In this document: one piece after another, positions 1 to 11,279 of the stretch
Position numbering within the stretch: position 1 is the stretch's first letter
Layout of the letters: the number at the start of each line of letters is the position of its first letter
From: Macrostomum hystrix
Taxonomy: Eukaryota; Animalia; Platyhelminthes
Direction: 5' to 3'
Assembly: GCA_950097015.1 (NCBI GenBank)
Contig: CATNEN010000001.1
Coordinates: 3,534,001-3,598,000 of the forward strand
Length of the DNA stretch: 64,000 nucleotides
Translations under genes and position numbers: made by a program
Notes under the pieces: generated by a model
The model's input: only the letters and a program-made list of their open reading frames with translations
Databases searched by the model: none
Told to the model about the DNA's origin: nothing

Positions 1-1530
1 CACTAGCTGGAATTGTGGCATCTGGCTGTCTTCACTCTCATGGCATAGCTAATGGCATATGAGAACTAATCACATGATTAAAGGCTATGGTAAGTGCTTG
101 AGTACATAATCATTTTTAGTGTTAGCCCAACCCAGCCCAAGATACCCAACACACAATTGCTGGTTGCTTGAGCTCTTAGTTTTGATAATGCATGCACAGT
201 AGTTTGCCTTCAGCTATTGGTTGTGATACTGCATAAGCAGTTAGTTTGCCTTGAAACTGCTGTTTATGAAATTCTCTCCTCTTCTCCTCTCCCCCCTCCT
301 CTTCTCCTCTCCTCTCCCCCCTCCTCTCCCCCTCTCCCCTCCTTTCCTCTGCTCTTCTTTCCTCTCTTCTTTCCTCTCCTCTCCCCCCTCCTCTCCCTCT
401 CTCCCCTCCTTTCCTCTCTTCTTTCCTCTCCTCTTCTCTCCTGCCCTTTTTTCTCCTCTTCTCTACTTGTTTCTTCAAGCAATATAAGTGATCCTAGTGT
501 ACACTAGAGTTATTTGGTCTGGTACAGGTATATAACTTTGCTCTGAAATTTCCTTATAATGACTATTTATTTATCAACTTTTTTTACCAGGTCTTTATCA
601 CACTGGCTCACTAGCTGGAATTGTGGCATCTGGTTGTCTTCACTCTCATGGTATACCTAAGGGCATATGAGAACTAATCACATATGATTAAAGGCTATGG
701 TAAGTGCTTGAGTACATAATCATTTTTAGTGTTAGCCCAACCCAGCCCAAGATACCCAACACACAATTGCTGGTTGCTTGAGCTCTTAGTTTTGATAATG
801 CATGCACAGTAGTTTGCCTTGAGCTATTGGTTTTGAGACTGCATGAGCAGTAGTTTGCCTTAAAACAGCTGTTTATCAAATTCTCTCCTCTTCTCTTCTC
901 CTCTCCCCCTCCTCTTCTCCTCTCCTCTCCCCCTCTCCCCTCCTTTCCTCTGCTCTTCTTTCCTCTTTCTTTCCTCTCCTCTCCCTCTCCCCCTCTCCCC
1001 TCCTTTCCTCTGCTCTTCTTTCCTCTCCTCTCCCCCTCTCCCCTCCTTTCCTCTGCTCTTCTTTCCTCTCCTCTTCTCTCCTGCCTTTATTCTCCTCTTC
1101 TCTTCTTGTTTCTACAAGCAATATAAGTGATCCTAGTGTACACTAGAGTTATTTGGTCTGGTACAGGTATATAACTTTGCTCTGAAATTTCCTTATAATG
1201 ACTATTTATTTATCAACTTTATTTTACCAGGTCTTTATCATACTGGCTCACTAGCTGGAATTGTGGCTTCTGGTTGTCTTCACTCTCATGGTATAGCTAA
1301 GGGCATATGAGAACTAATCACATATGATTAAAGGCTATGGTAAGTGCTTGAGTACATAATCATTTCTCAGTGTTAGCCCAACCCAGCCCAAGATACCCAA
1401 CACACAAATTTTTTGCTGGTTGCTTGAGCTCTCAGTTTTGATAATGCACGCACAGCAGATTGCCTTCAGCTATTGGTTTTGATACTGCATGAGCAGTTGT
1501 TTGCCTTGAAACTGCTGTTTATGAAATTCC
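1..1530. repeat. Tandem repeat, about 610-640 bp unit, 2.5 copies, with internal CT-rich tract
   Basis: CACTAGCTGGAATTGTGGC recurs at 1, 609 and 1249. The first two copies carry a pyrimidine tract that the third lacks. ORFs here are low-complexity artefacts. Confidence 0.9.
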
Positions 1531-3139
1531 TCTAGCTAGTGACTATTTATTTATGAACACTATTTTCCCCAGGTCTTTATAACTCTAGCTAGAATTGTGG
1601 CATTGCTAGCTATCTTTACTGAGTTATCTGATGTACTAGAGTGTACACTTGAGCTATCAGATCTTGTACATTTATGCTCAAGCCCCATACACAGTTCATA
1701 CCAGCCCTGTATAATTACCTCAATTGTGGTCCTATTTAACCTAATATAGCTAACAATCCTTTATAAGCTCTTATCAGCCTTCTGCCCCTTCTTGCCTAGC
1801 TATAGATCTAAATACAAACAGCAAACCAACTGTCTCACCTCTCACACCTAACAGGACAAGGAGAGCCTATCTAACAGGACAAGGAGTCCCAAGAATCCTA
1901 GTCTGGTGTTGAAGCTGAATGGCCAACAATCAACAACAGCCTGTTGAGTGCCAACCAAAAAGACATGATTGACTAACTGTGAATAAACTAATCTTGTTCT
2001 GAATGCCTTTATGAATATTGATTAAACTGAGGCCCTCTTTTTATCCCTAGTTGACATTTCAAAATTTGCTAATATAGATAAACACAGAACTTGAGCTGCT
2101 ATAAGAGACTTAAAGGTAAAAAGGTAAAAATGTGCCTTCTGTAAAAACTGTAGCTACAGTGCATAAATATTTCAGAACCTATACACAAACTTCATAAGAA
2201 CACACTTTGCTGCTGTATTCACATAACATACTCTAAATACAAATGCCAACTCAAATAATTATGACATGGCTGAAATTCCTAGCAATTAAATGCTTGAAAT
2301 AATAATTAGCTTTGCAAAATAAACTTTCCCTATGTTTCGTGAAGAATTGGCAGGAAAAAATCTCATGAGTCTTTGTATTTATTTCGTCTTGTCTAATTAA
2401 TTTCAGTGTCAACTTATGTTGATCGGTTTGAAATTTCACACGTGCATTAGATTAACGGAGAAGTGAAAGTGAAAGTGAAAACAAAGGTTTGCAGTGCATT
2501 GCAGTTTAAAAAGTGATTTGCTCAAGCCAAAATAAATGTCAAGCCAAATTCTACGTTTGAGAAATATGTGATATATGAAATATGTTTATGATTTTCTAAC
2601 TATTGCTGTGACTGGCTTTTTGAAGGACAAAAACACTTTTTCACTGGCTGTTGTTAAGCCAAAGTGGCGTCAAGACTGACAATGCCGTAGGAAATTAGCG
2701 CTGTACATTATGAAAATTCTAACTACAACTGTGTAATGCTGCTGCAGTTCTAAATATCAATTCGGTTTTGGTTTTCTCGCTTTTTAATTTTATAAAACAA
2801 AATATTTTTACGAAGATCAAGCTGCTGGCTGCAGAAGTGTTCAGTCCATGGACTGGGTTACGCCATGCTGACCCTTATCTAAAAATTCTGAAGTTTGTTT
2901 TCTCAAAGGGAACAACGACTCAGAGAACTTAAAGCCCGTCAGAACTTCAGAATAAGCCGCCTGTCCACCTGTGTTGACAGTCATTTTTTAATTCACACGC
3001 TCGTTGCAACGAAGATGATCTATCTAATTGTTTGCTTATGAAGTTTGTTTTTAGATAAGGCACATTTGGGAGAATCTAGGCTGAACATGACAGCTAAAAC
3101 TGCAGAACATTCTAGAACATTCTGGAACGGAATTCATTT

Positions 3140-3210
3140 CACGAGTGAAGCGGGGATAGAGGAAAGGAAACAGGGGGTTGGCGGTGCCGGGGGTACTTAT
3201 AAAATTATAA
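3140..3210 (+). promoter_or_regulatory. Candidate Hes promoter: N-box CACGAG (3140-3145) and TATAAAA (3198-3204)
   Basis: The motifs lie about 100 and 40 nt upstream of the ATG. N-boxes are known HES autoregulatory sites, but short motifs can occur by chance. Confidence 0.4.
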
Positions 3211-3237
3211 ACTCGGCCGGTCGATTTCGAAATTTCG

Positions 3238-3606
3238 ATGGAGCTCCGAATTAACAAAACACGAACCACGCGCCCAGTAGAGTTGATGGAGCATAGGAGA
3301 ATCAGCAAGCAGGTGATGGAGCAGCAGCGCAGAGCCAGAATTAATGCCAGCTTGGACAGACTCAAAGAGCTGCTGCAGGCCAACAAGGTGATAAAACCGT
3401 ACCGGATTAAGCGCCTAGAGAAGGCCGACATCCTGGAGCTGACTGTGGAGCTGCTGCTGAATGGCTCAGCCAAGACTCAATCTACGGCCATGAGCTTCTG
3501 CTGCAAGTCTTCGGCCTCATCAACGGTGTCGGCTTTGTCTACTGACGAAGAATCTAGACAGTCGATGGACCAGGAGGGAGCCCAGCCTGTGTGGCGTCCT
3601 TGGTAA
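3238..3606 (+). CDS. hes: Hairy/Enhancer-of-split family bHLH repressor, 122 aa, intronless, no Orange domain (family-level call only)
   Basis: bHLH RRISKQVMEQQRRARINASLDRLKELL...RLEKADILELTVELL, and the C-terminal Groucho-binding WRPW directly before the stop. Confidence 0.92.
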   Translation: MELRINKTRTTRPVELMEHRRISKQVMEQQRRARINASLDRLKELLQANKVIKPYRIKRLEKADILELTVELLLNGSAKTQSTAMSFCCKSSASSTVSALSTDEESRQSMDQEGAQPVWRPW

Positions 3607-3695
3607 CCGGCCCCTGGCAACAGCATCCGGCATTCCAGCATAAGTCAACTTAGTGAATTAGTTTCGTCGTTTTTTTATTTAGTTGTCATGGACTG

Positions 3696-6600
3696 ATTGT
3701 CCCCAAACTGAGGATCTGGGATTGTCACGAAACTGAGGATCTGGGATTGTCACGAAACTGAGAATCTGGGATTGTCACCAAACTGAGGATCTGGGATTGT
3801 CACCTAACTGAGGATCAGGGATTGTCACCAAACTGAGGATCTGGGATAATTGTCATTAAACTGAGGATCTGGGATTGTCACGAAACTGAGGATCTGGGAT
3901 TGTCACGAAACTGAGAATCTGGGATTGTCACCAAACTGAGGATCTGGGATTGTAACCAAACTGACGATCTGGGATAATTGTCATTAAACAGAGGATCTGG
4001 GATTGTAACCAAACTGAGGATCTGGGATAATTGTCATTAAACTGAGGATCTGGGATTGTCACCAAACTGAGGATCTGGGATTGTCACGAAACTAAGAATG
4101 TGGGATTGTCACCAAACTGAGGATCTGGGATTGTCACCAAACTGAGGATCTGGGATAATTGTCATTAAACTGAGGATCTGGGATTGTCCCAAACTGAGGA
4201 TCTGGGATTGTCACCAAACTGAGGATCTGGGATAATTGTCATTAAACTGAGGATCTGGGATTGTCCCAAACTGAGGATCTGGGATTGTCACCAAACTGAG
4301 GATCTGGGATTGTCACCAAACTGAGGATCTGGGATAATTGTCATTAAACTGAGGATCTGGGATTGTCCCAAACTGAGGATCTGGGATTGTCACCAAACAG
4401 AGGTTCTGGGATTGTCACCAAACTGAGGATCTGGGATAATTGTCATTAAACTGAGCTTTAAATGTTTATATATTGTTGTATCATTGTATCGTTGTATCGT
4501 ATCAATGTTGTATCATTGTTGTTGTGTTGTATCAGTGTTGTATCAATGCTTAGTTCATTTCATTGTTTGAAACTTTTTATCTGGGGGATTATCACCAATC
4601 TGGGATTGTCCCAAACTGAGGATCTGGGATTGTCACCAAACAGAGGATCTGGGATTGTAACCAAACTGAGGATCTGGGATAATTGTCATTAAACTGAGGA
4701 TCTGGGATTGTCACCAAACTGAGGATATATTGTTGTATCATTGTATCGTTGTATCGTATCAATGTTGTATCATTGTTGTTGTGTTGTATCAGTGTTGTAT
4801 CAATGCTTAGTTCATTTCATTGTTTGAAACTTTTTATCTGGGGGATTATCACCAATCTGGGATTGTCCCAAACTGAGGATCTGGGATTGTCACCAAACAG
4901 AGGATCTGGGATTGTAACCAAAGTGAGGATCTGGGATAATTGTCATTAAACTGAGGATCTGGGATTGTCACCAAACTGAGGATCTGGGATTGTCACGAAA
5001 CTAAGAATGTGGGATTGTCACCAAACTGAGGATCTGGGATTGTCACCAAACTGAGGATCTGGGATAATTGTCATTAAACTGAGCTTTAAATTTTTATATA
5101 TTGTTGTATCATTGTATCGTTGTATCGTATCAATGTTGTATCATTGTTGTTGTGTTGTATCAGTGTTGTATCAATGCTTAGTTCATTTCATTGTTTGAAA
5201 CTTTTTATCTGGGGGATTATCACCAATCTGGGATTGTCCCAAACTGAGGATCTGGGATTGTCACCAAACAGAGGATCTGGGATTGTAACCAAAGTGAGGA
5301 TCTGGGATAATTGTCATTAAACTGAGGATCTGGGATTGTCACCAAACTGAGGATCTGGGATTGTCACGAAACTAAGAATGTGGGATTGTCACCAAACTGA
5401 GGATCTGGGATTGTCACCAAACTGAGGATCTGGGATAATTGTCATTAAACTGAGGATCAGGGATTGTCCCAAACTGAGGATCTGGGATTGTCACCAAACT
5501 GAGGATCTGGGATTGTCCCAAACAGAGGATCTGGGATTGTCACCAAACAGAGGTTCTGGGATTGTCACCAAACTGAGGATCTGGGATAATTGTCATTAAA
5601 CTAAGCTTTAAATGTTTATATATTGTTGTATCATTGTATCGTTGTATCGTATCAATGTTGTATCATTGTTGTTGTGTTGTATCAGTGTTGTATCAATGCT
5701 TAGTTCATTTCATTGTTTAAAACTTTTTATCTGGGGGATTATCACCAATCTGGGATTGTAACCAAACTGAGGATCTGGGATAATTGTCATTAAACTGAGC
5801 TTTAAATGTTTATATATTGTTGTATCATTGTATCGTTGTATCGTATCAATGTTGTATCATTGTTGTTGTGTTGTATCAGTGTTGTATCAATGCTTAGTTC
5901 ATTTCATTGTTTGAAACTTTTTATCTGGGGGATTATCACCAATCTGGGATTGTCCCAAACTGAGGATCTGGGATTGTCACCAAACAGAGGATCTGGGATT
6001 GTAACCAAACTGAGGATCTGGGATAATTGTCATTAAACTGAGGATCTGGGATTGTCACCAAACTGAGGATATATTGTTGTATCATTGTATCGTTGTATCG
6101 TATCAATGTTGTATCATTGTTGTTGTGTTGTATCAGTGTTGTATCAATGCTTAGTTCATTTCATTGTTTGAAACTTTTTATCTGGGGGATTATCACCAAT
6201 CTGGGATTGTCCCAAACTGAGGATCTGGGATTGTCACCAAACAGAGGATCTGGGATTGTAACCAAAGTGAGGATCTGGGATAATTGTCATTAAACTGAGG
6301 ATCTGGGATTGTCACCAAACTGAGGATCTGGGATTGTCACGAAACTAAGAATGTGGGATTGTCACCAAACTGAGGATCTGGGATTGTCACCAAACTGAGG
6401 ATCTGGGATAATTGTCATTAAACTGAGCTTTAAATTTTTATATATTGTTGTATCATTGTATCGTTGTATCGTATCAATGTTGTATCATTGTTGTTGTGTT
6501 GTATCAGTGTTGTATCAATGCTTAGTTCATTTCATTGTTTGAAACTTTTTATCTGGGGGATTATCACCAATCTGGGATTGTCCCAAACTGAGGATCTGGG

Positions 6601-7760
6601 ATTGTCACCAAACAGAGGATCTGGGATTGTAACCAAAGTGAGGATCTGGGATAATTGTCATTAAACTGAGGATCTGGGATTGTCACCAAACTGAGGATCT
6701 GGGATTGTCACGAAACTAAGAATGTGGGATTGTCACCAAACTGAGGATCTGGGATTGTCACCAAACTGAGGATCTGGGATAATTGTCATTAAACTGAGGA
6801 TCTGGGATTGTCCCAAACTGAGGATCTGGGATTGTCACCAAACTGAGGATCTGGGATTGTCCCAAACAGAGGATCTGGGATTGTCACCAAACAGAGGTTC
6901 TGGGATTGTCACCAAACTGAGGATCTGGGATAATTGTCATTAAACTAAGCTTTAAATGTTTATATATTGTTGTATCATTGTATCGTTGTATCGTATCAAT
7001 GTTGTATCATTGTTGTTGTGTTGTATCAGTGTTGTATCAATGCTTAGTTCATTTCATTGTTTGAAACTTTTTATCTGGGGGATTATCACCAATCTGGGAT
7101 TGTCCCAAACTGAGGATCTGGGATCGTCACCAAACAGAGGATCTGGGATTGTAACCAAACAGAGGATCTGGGATTGTAACCAAACTGAGGATCTGGGATA
7201 ATTGTCATTAAACTGAGGATCTGGGATTGTCACCAAACTGAGGATCTGGGATTGTCACGAAACTAAGAATGTGGGATTGTCACCAAACTGAGGATCTGGG
7301 ATTGTCACCAAACTGAGGATCTGGGATAATTGTCATTAAACTGAGGATCTGGGATTGTCCCAAACTGAGGATCTGGGATTGTCACCAAACTGAGGATCTG
7401 GGATTGTCCCAAACAGAGGATCTGGGATTGTCACCAAACTGAGGATCTGGGATAATTGTCATTAAACTGAGCTTTAAATGTTTATATATTGTTGTATCAT
7501 TGTATCGTTGTATCGTATCAATGTTGTATCATTGTTGTTGTGTTGTATCAGTGTTGTATCAATGCTTAGTTCATTTCATTGTTTAAAACTTTTTATCTGG
7601 GGGATTATTACCAATCTGGGATTGTAACCAAACTGAGGATCTGGGATTGTCATTAAACTGAGCTTTAAATGTTTATATATTGTTGTATCATTGTATCGTT
7701 GTATCGTATCAATGTTGTATCATTGTTGTTGTGTTGTATCAGTGTTGTATCAAGACTTAG
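3696..7760. repeat. 25-bp satellite (AAACTGAGGATCTGGGATTGTCACC) interleaved with an about 150-bp TGTATC-rich spacer, with higher-order repeats
   Basis: Seen directly. Identical ORF artefacts recur at offsets of 371 and 1344 bp (4462/5806, 4749/6093, 5120/6464). Confidence 0.95.
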
Positions 7761-7977
7761 TTCATTTAATTGCTTAAATTTTTTTAATTAACTAATACAA
7801 ACCATTAAATAAATAAATAATTAAATAAATATATGCTCTTGACTTACTTGACTTAGCGGCAGGGAGCCTCCATGACGGACGCAGCGAGGAGGCGGCCGGT
7901 GCCGCCCATATCGGAAGCTTAGACTTAGAAGCTTATCGGAATATATGCTCAGTTAAAGAGTGACTATAAGCATGCCA

Positions 7978-8290
7978 AACTTTATCGGGTCGGATTCAAT
8001 TGAAAATCTATCTAGAAATGATTTCCTACACGACTGAGTTGGTTTCTATTCTCAAATGATTTCCACTCGAACTTATTAACCTGGAAAGTCACCTAGAAAA
8101 TTTTATCTTGACTCTGACTATGTCAGTACTATATGGCTGTCGTCGGTGTCCCAATAGATTTGAGCACAGTTTATCGAGTCGGATTCAATTGAAAATCTAT
8201 CTAGAAATGATTTCCTACACGACTGAGTTGGTTTCATGATTTTAAATGATTTCCACTCGAACTTATTAACCTGGAAAGTCACCTAGAAAA
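7978..8290 (+). repeat. Dispersed repeat family copy with internal duplication
   Basis: TTATCG.GTCGGATTCAATTGAAAATC...ACCTGGAAAGTCACCTAGAAAA occurs twice here and in reverse complement at about 30733-30905 and 48822-48886. Confidence 0.75.
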
Positions 8291-8964
8291 TCCCGGGCTC
8301 TATGAGCAATGGGATATTGCATGCATGCGACTTTCCCAGTGCTATTTTTAGAGCAGCACATGAACAAACAGAGCTGGGAATTGCCGTTCGAGCTGAGCAT
8401 GACAGCTAGGACTGATAAGAAGTTTCTAGAACGGAAATCAGCGGAGCAGGGATAGAGACGTTTTCTAGCACCGAAAATGTAAAGGAAAGACATGCGTTCA
8501 CGCATGTACATGTTGGCAATAAAGCTATTTAGAAAGCAGCGAAAAGTGACGTACAGTCACACAGTTTTAAAGCTCACCAGAACTCTAGAGCAGTGTCTCG
8601 TTGGCACATTGAGGATCTGGGATTATCACCAAACTGAGGATCTGGGTTGTCATTAAACTGAGCTTTAAATTTTTACTTGTTGTATACCGACTGAACACAT
8701 GCGGGATGAAGGCTTAGTTCATTTCGTTGTTTCAAACATTAATTAACTAATACAAATCTTAAAACAAATATATGTCTATAAATATATGGTCAGTTAAAGA
8801 GTGACTAAGCATGCCAAACTTAACTGGTGCCTACGAGAGAAATCAACTAATGCGAAACTAAAAATTTAAACTCTTTCTGTCTCAAATCTTTTCTTTGATC
8901 TCTTTCTGACTTCTCATGCCATTAATGGCATTAATGAAATTAATCGTAATTAAAATTTAAACAT

Positions 8965-9188
8965 TCTACTACATCTCACTACCCCACTTCCCCTCACTCT
9001 ACTGCATCTCACTACCACACTTCCTCTCACTCTACTGCATCTCACTATCCCACTTCCTCTCACTCTACTGCATATTACTACCACACTTACTCTCACCCTA
9101 CTGCTCTCCCTCTCACCCTACCTGATCCCCCTTTCACCATACCTGCTCTCCATCTCACCCTACTGATCTCCCTCTCACCCTACTAATC
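8965..9188. repeat. 33-bp then about 21-bp CT/CA-rich minisatellite
   Basis: TCTACTGCATCTCACTACCACACTTCCTCTCAC about 4 times, followed by degenerate CTACTGCTCTCCCTCTCACC units. Confidence 0.8.
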
Positions 9189-9677
9189 TAGGGAATCTAG
9201 GGATTCTAGGGAAGTCACGGAATCGATTTTGGGACCTCCCTTAATCCAGATTGATCTCGACGAATTTTGAGTCCCTATGCTCTATGATAAATGTAGAGGA
9301 AATTGAAAATTAGAAGCAACCATGTTAATTTATATACTAGCTAGCTATTATACTAAGTTGTCATGCAGAGTCATATAATTTCAGTCTACATGAGCAGGTC
9401 TTTCGGAAAGAATGAGCTATAGGATATGACTGAAACAGTATCCTATCGTTTCTACTAATAGTAGCACATGGCGAATTAATCTTCCTCCAAATATTTTCGC
9501 ATACGAAAAAAAAGTTGGAAAATTTAGTAGAAAATTTCGAAAATGATGCAAACAATATTTCCAAATTTAAGAGCAACTAGACATGTTAAAGGTGAAATAA
9601 TATTTTTCTGCAACCATAAGTCACGTGTACTACACGAAAAGAAAAGAAACCGCGTAAAAAGTGATGTTTACAAAACC

Positions 9678-9857
9678 GTGCGCCCAGGCGGCGGGAGGCG
9701 TATAGCAAGGGCGTATAGGAAAATCACTATGCGCCCAGGCGGCGGGAGGCGTATAGCAAGGGCGTATAGGAAAATCACCATGCGCCCCGGCGCCGGCTGG
9801 GCGTATAGCGGGGCGCACGGCGCCCCACTCTGCGCCCCAAAAAGCTGTCCCACCGGG
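9678..9857. repeat. 51-bp GC-rich tandem repeat (about 2.5 copies) ending in CCCACCGGG; possible DNA-transposon subterminal region
   Basis: GCGCCCAGGCGGCGGGAGGCGTATAGCAAGGGCGTATAGGAAAATCAC is repeated. The terminus interpretation is inference. Confidence 0.6.
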
Positions 9858-11279
9858 TACTGGCCTTGTATCTCGAAAAATATACTTAAAGCACCAGCAT
9901 CGACGAATATGTGACCTAAATACGAATTTGTTAGTTTTTTGTCCGGACTAACTGACGATTACAAAAATACATGACATTAGGTTCTTAAAAGATGTTTAGG
10001 ATGTCTATAACAAAAATAAAGGAAAATGAAATTTAGAGCTAGAATTAAGCTTTCGGTTAAAAAAACTTTGTACGTTTTTTTTTGCTTTTTTTTATAAAAA
10101 TGACAAACAATAATTTAACTTGTGAAAATGCTGTACATTTTTTATCGGTGAAGATAACTCGCACCGTTGTGTTTCGTGTGGGTACTGTTTGAATAACTCA
10201 AATAGAATTCCGAAATTTATATTTTAATTATTTTATGTTAAAATTAGTTTATTGAAGTGTATAAACTCGTTTTATAACATTGATATGTTTTGGTATTTAA
10301 TGCAATTTTGTGTATATCACGATGACATAACATACTACATTCAGAGCCATTATTAGGTAACATTTTAAGTAGATGTAGACTAGATGTAGTTTTGATGCGA
10401 ATGTTTAAAAAAGTTCAGACTAGCTTTAAAAAAAATAAAATGTAACACCAGCTAAATAAATATATATATATAACATGAAACTCTCTAGAATACGGGCCAC
10501 AAAATTCGCAGTAAAATTGTACACTTGGCAAAAATAAATGCAGCTTTGAAAAAAGAAAAAACCATTTAAAACAATTATAATAAGGCCTTATCTTTATACC
10601 TAATTTTTAGCAAATGTAAGGTAATATATAGTTGAAAAAAACAGAAGGATATAGAAGCTAAAGATTTTTTGCTAACTGTACTGAGTTGCAGATGAAGCTC
10701 AAAAAGTATTTTCATTGTAGACAGCAACAGAAATAAAGTAAATATAACAACTAAACAAGAGCTACTTTCAGCTGAACTGATGCCATTAAAAATGGCAATA
10801 ACAACAGAAGAAACTGAATAAACTTCTAAATAGCTTTTTTTACAAACACTTGTACTGTAAAGATCTGAACAATCTGATTAACAAAGGGCAAGCAACCCAT
10901 ATAAAATGTGATCCTAAAACATTTTTGTTTTAATATAAGAAAACAGGAGATTTAATACATTTTGCAATTTTTAATTGCTATTAATAACATAATAACTTTC
11001 TAGATGTGCTTATTTTTTTTCAAATAATAAGCTTCAAACCATATCTGCCACTCTAAAAGTGTCTACATTTAAAACTTTTTGCATTTATCATAGCTTTTAG
11101 TTATTATTTTATTTTTATCTATAATGCATCTCTAATTTAAACTCTATGTTAAGCGATTTGGAATCTACATGCATGATGGCACGTTTAAGTTCGTGAGTCT
11201 AGTTTCAGAATATGACAAAGTGAAGTCGTTATCTTTTACAGCTACCTAGATCAGCAAGCGCAGTTGTTGTTTTCGTCAT

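Noticed and set aside
176-1121. Glu/Arg-rich and Ser/Pro/Leu-rich ORFs
   Set aside because: They derive from CT-rich low-complexity tracts inside a tandem repeat.
3696-7760. Repeat-spacer pattern resembling a CRISPR array
   Set aside because: The spacers are identical to each other, repeats are mostly directly adjacent, there are no cas genes and the context is eukaryotic.
7838-7915. Possible 3' tail of a LINE on the minus strand (GC-rich stretch plus TAAGTCAAG repeats)
   Set aside because: Too short, with no RT homology or TSD visible.
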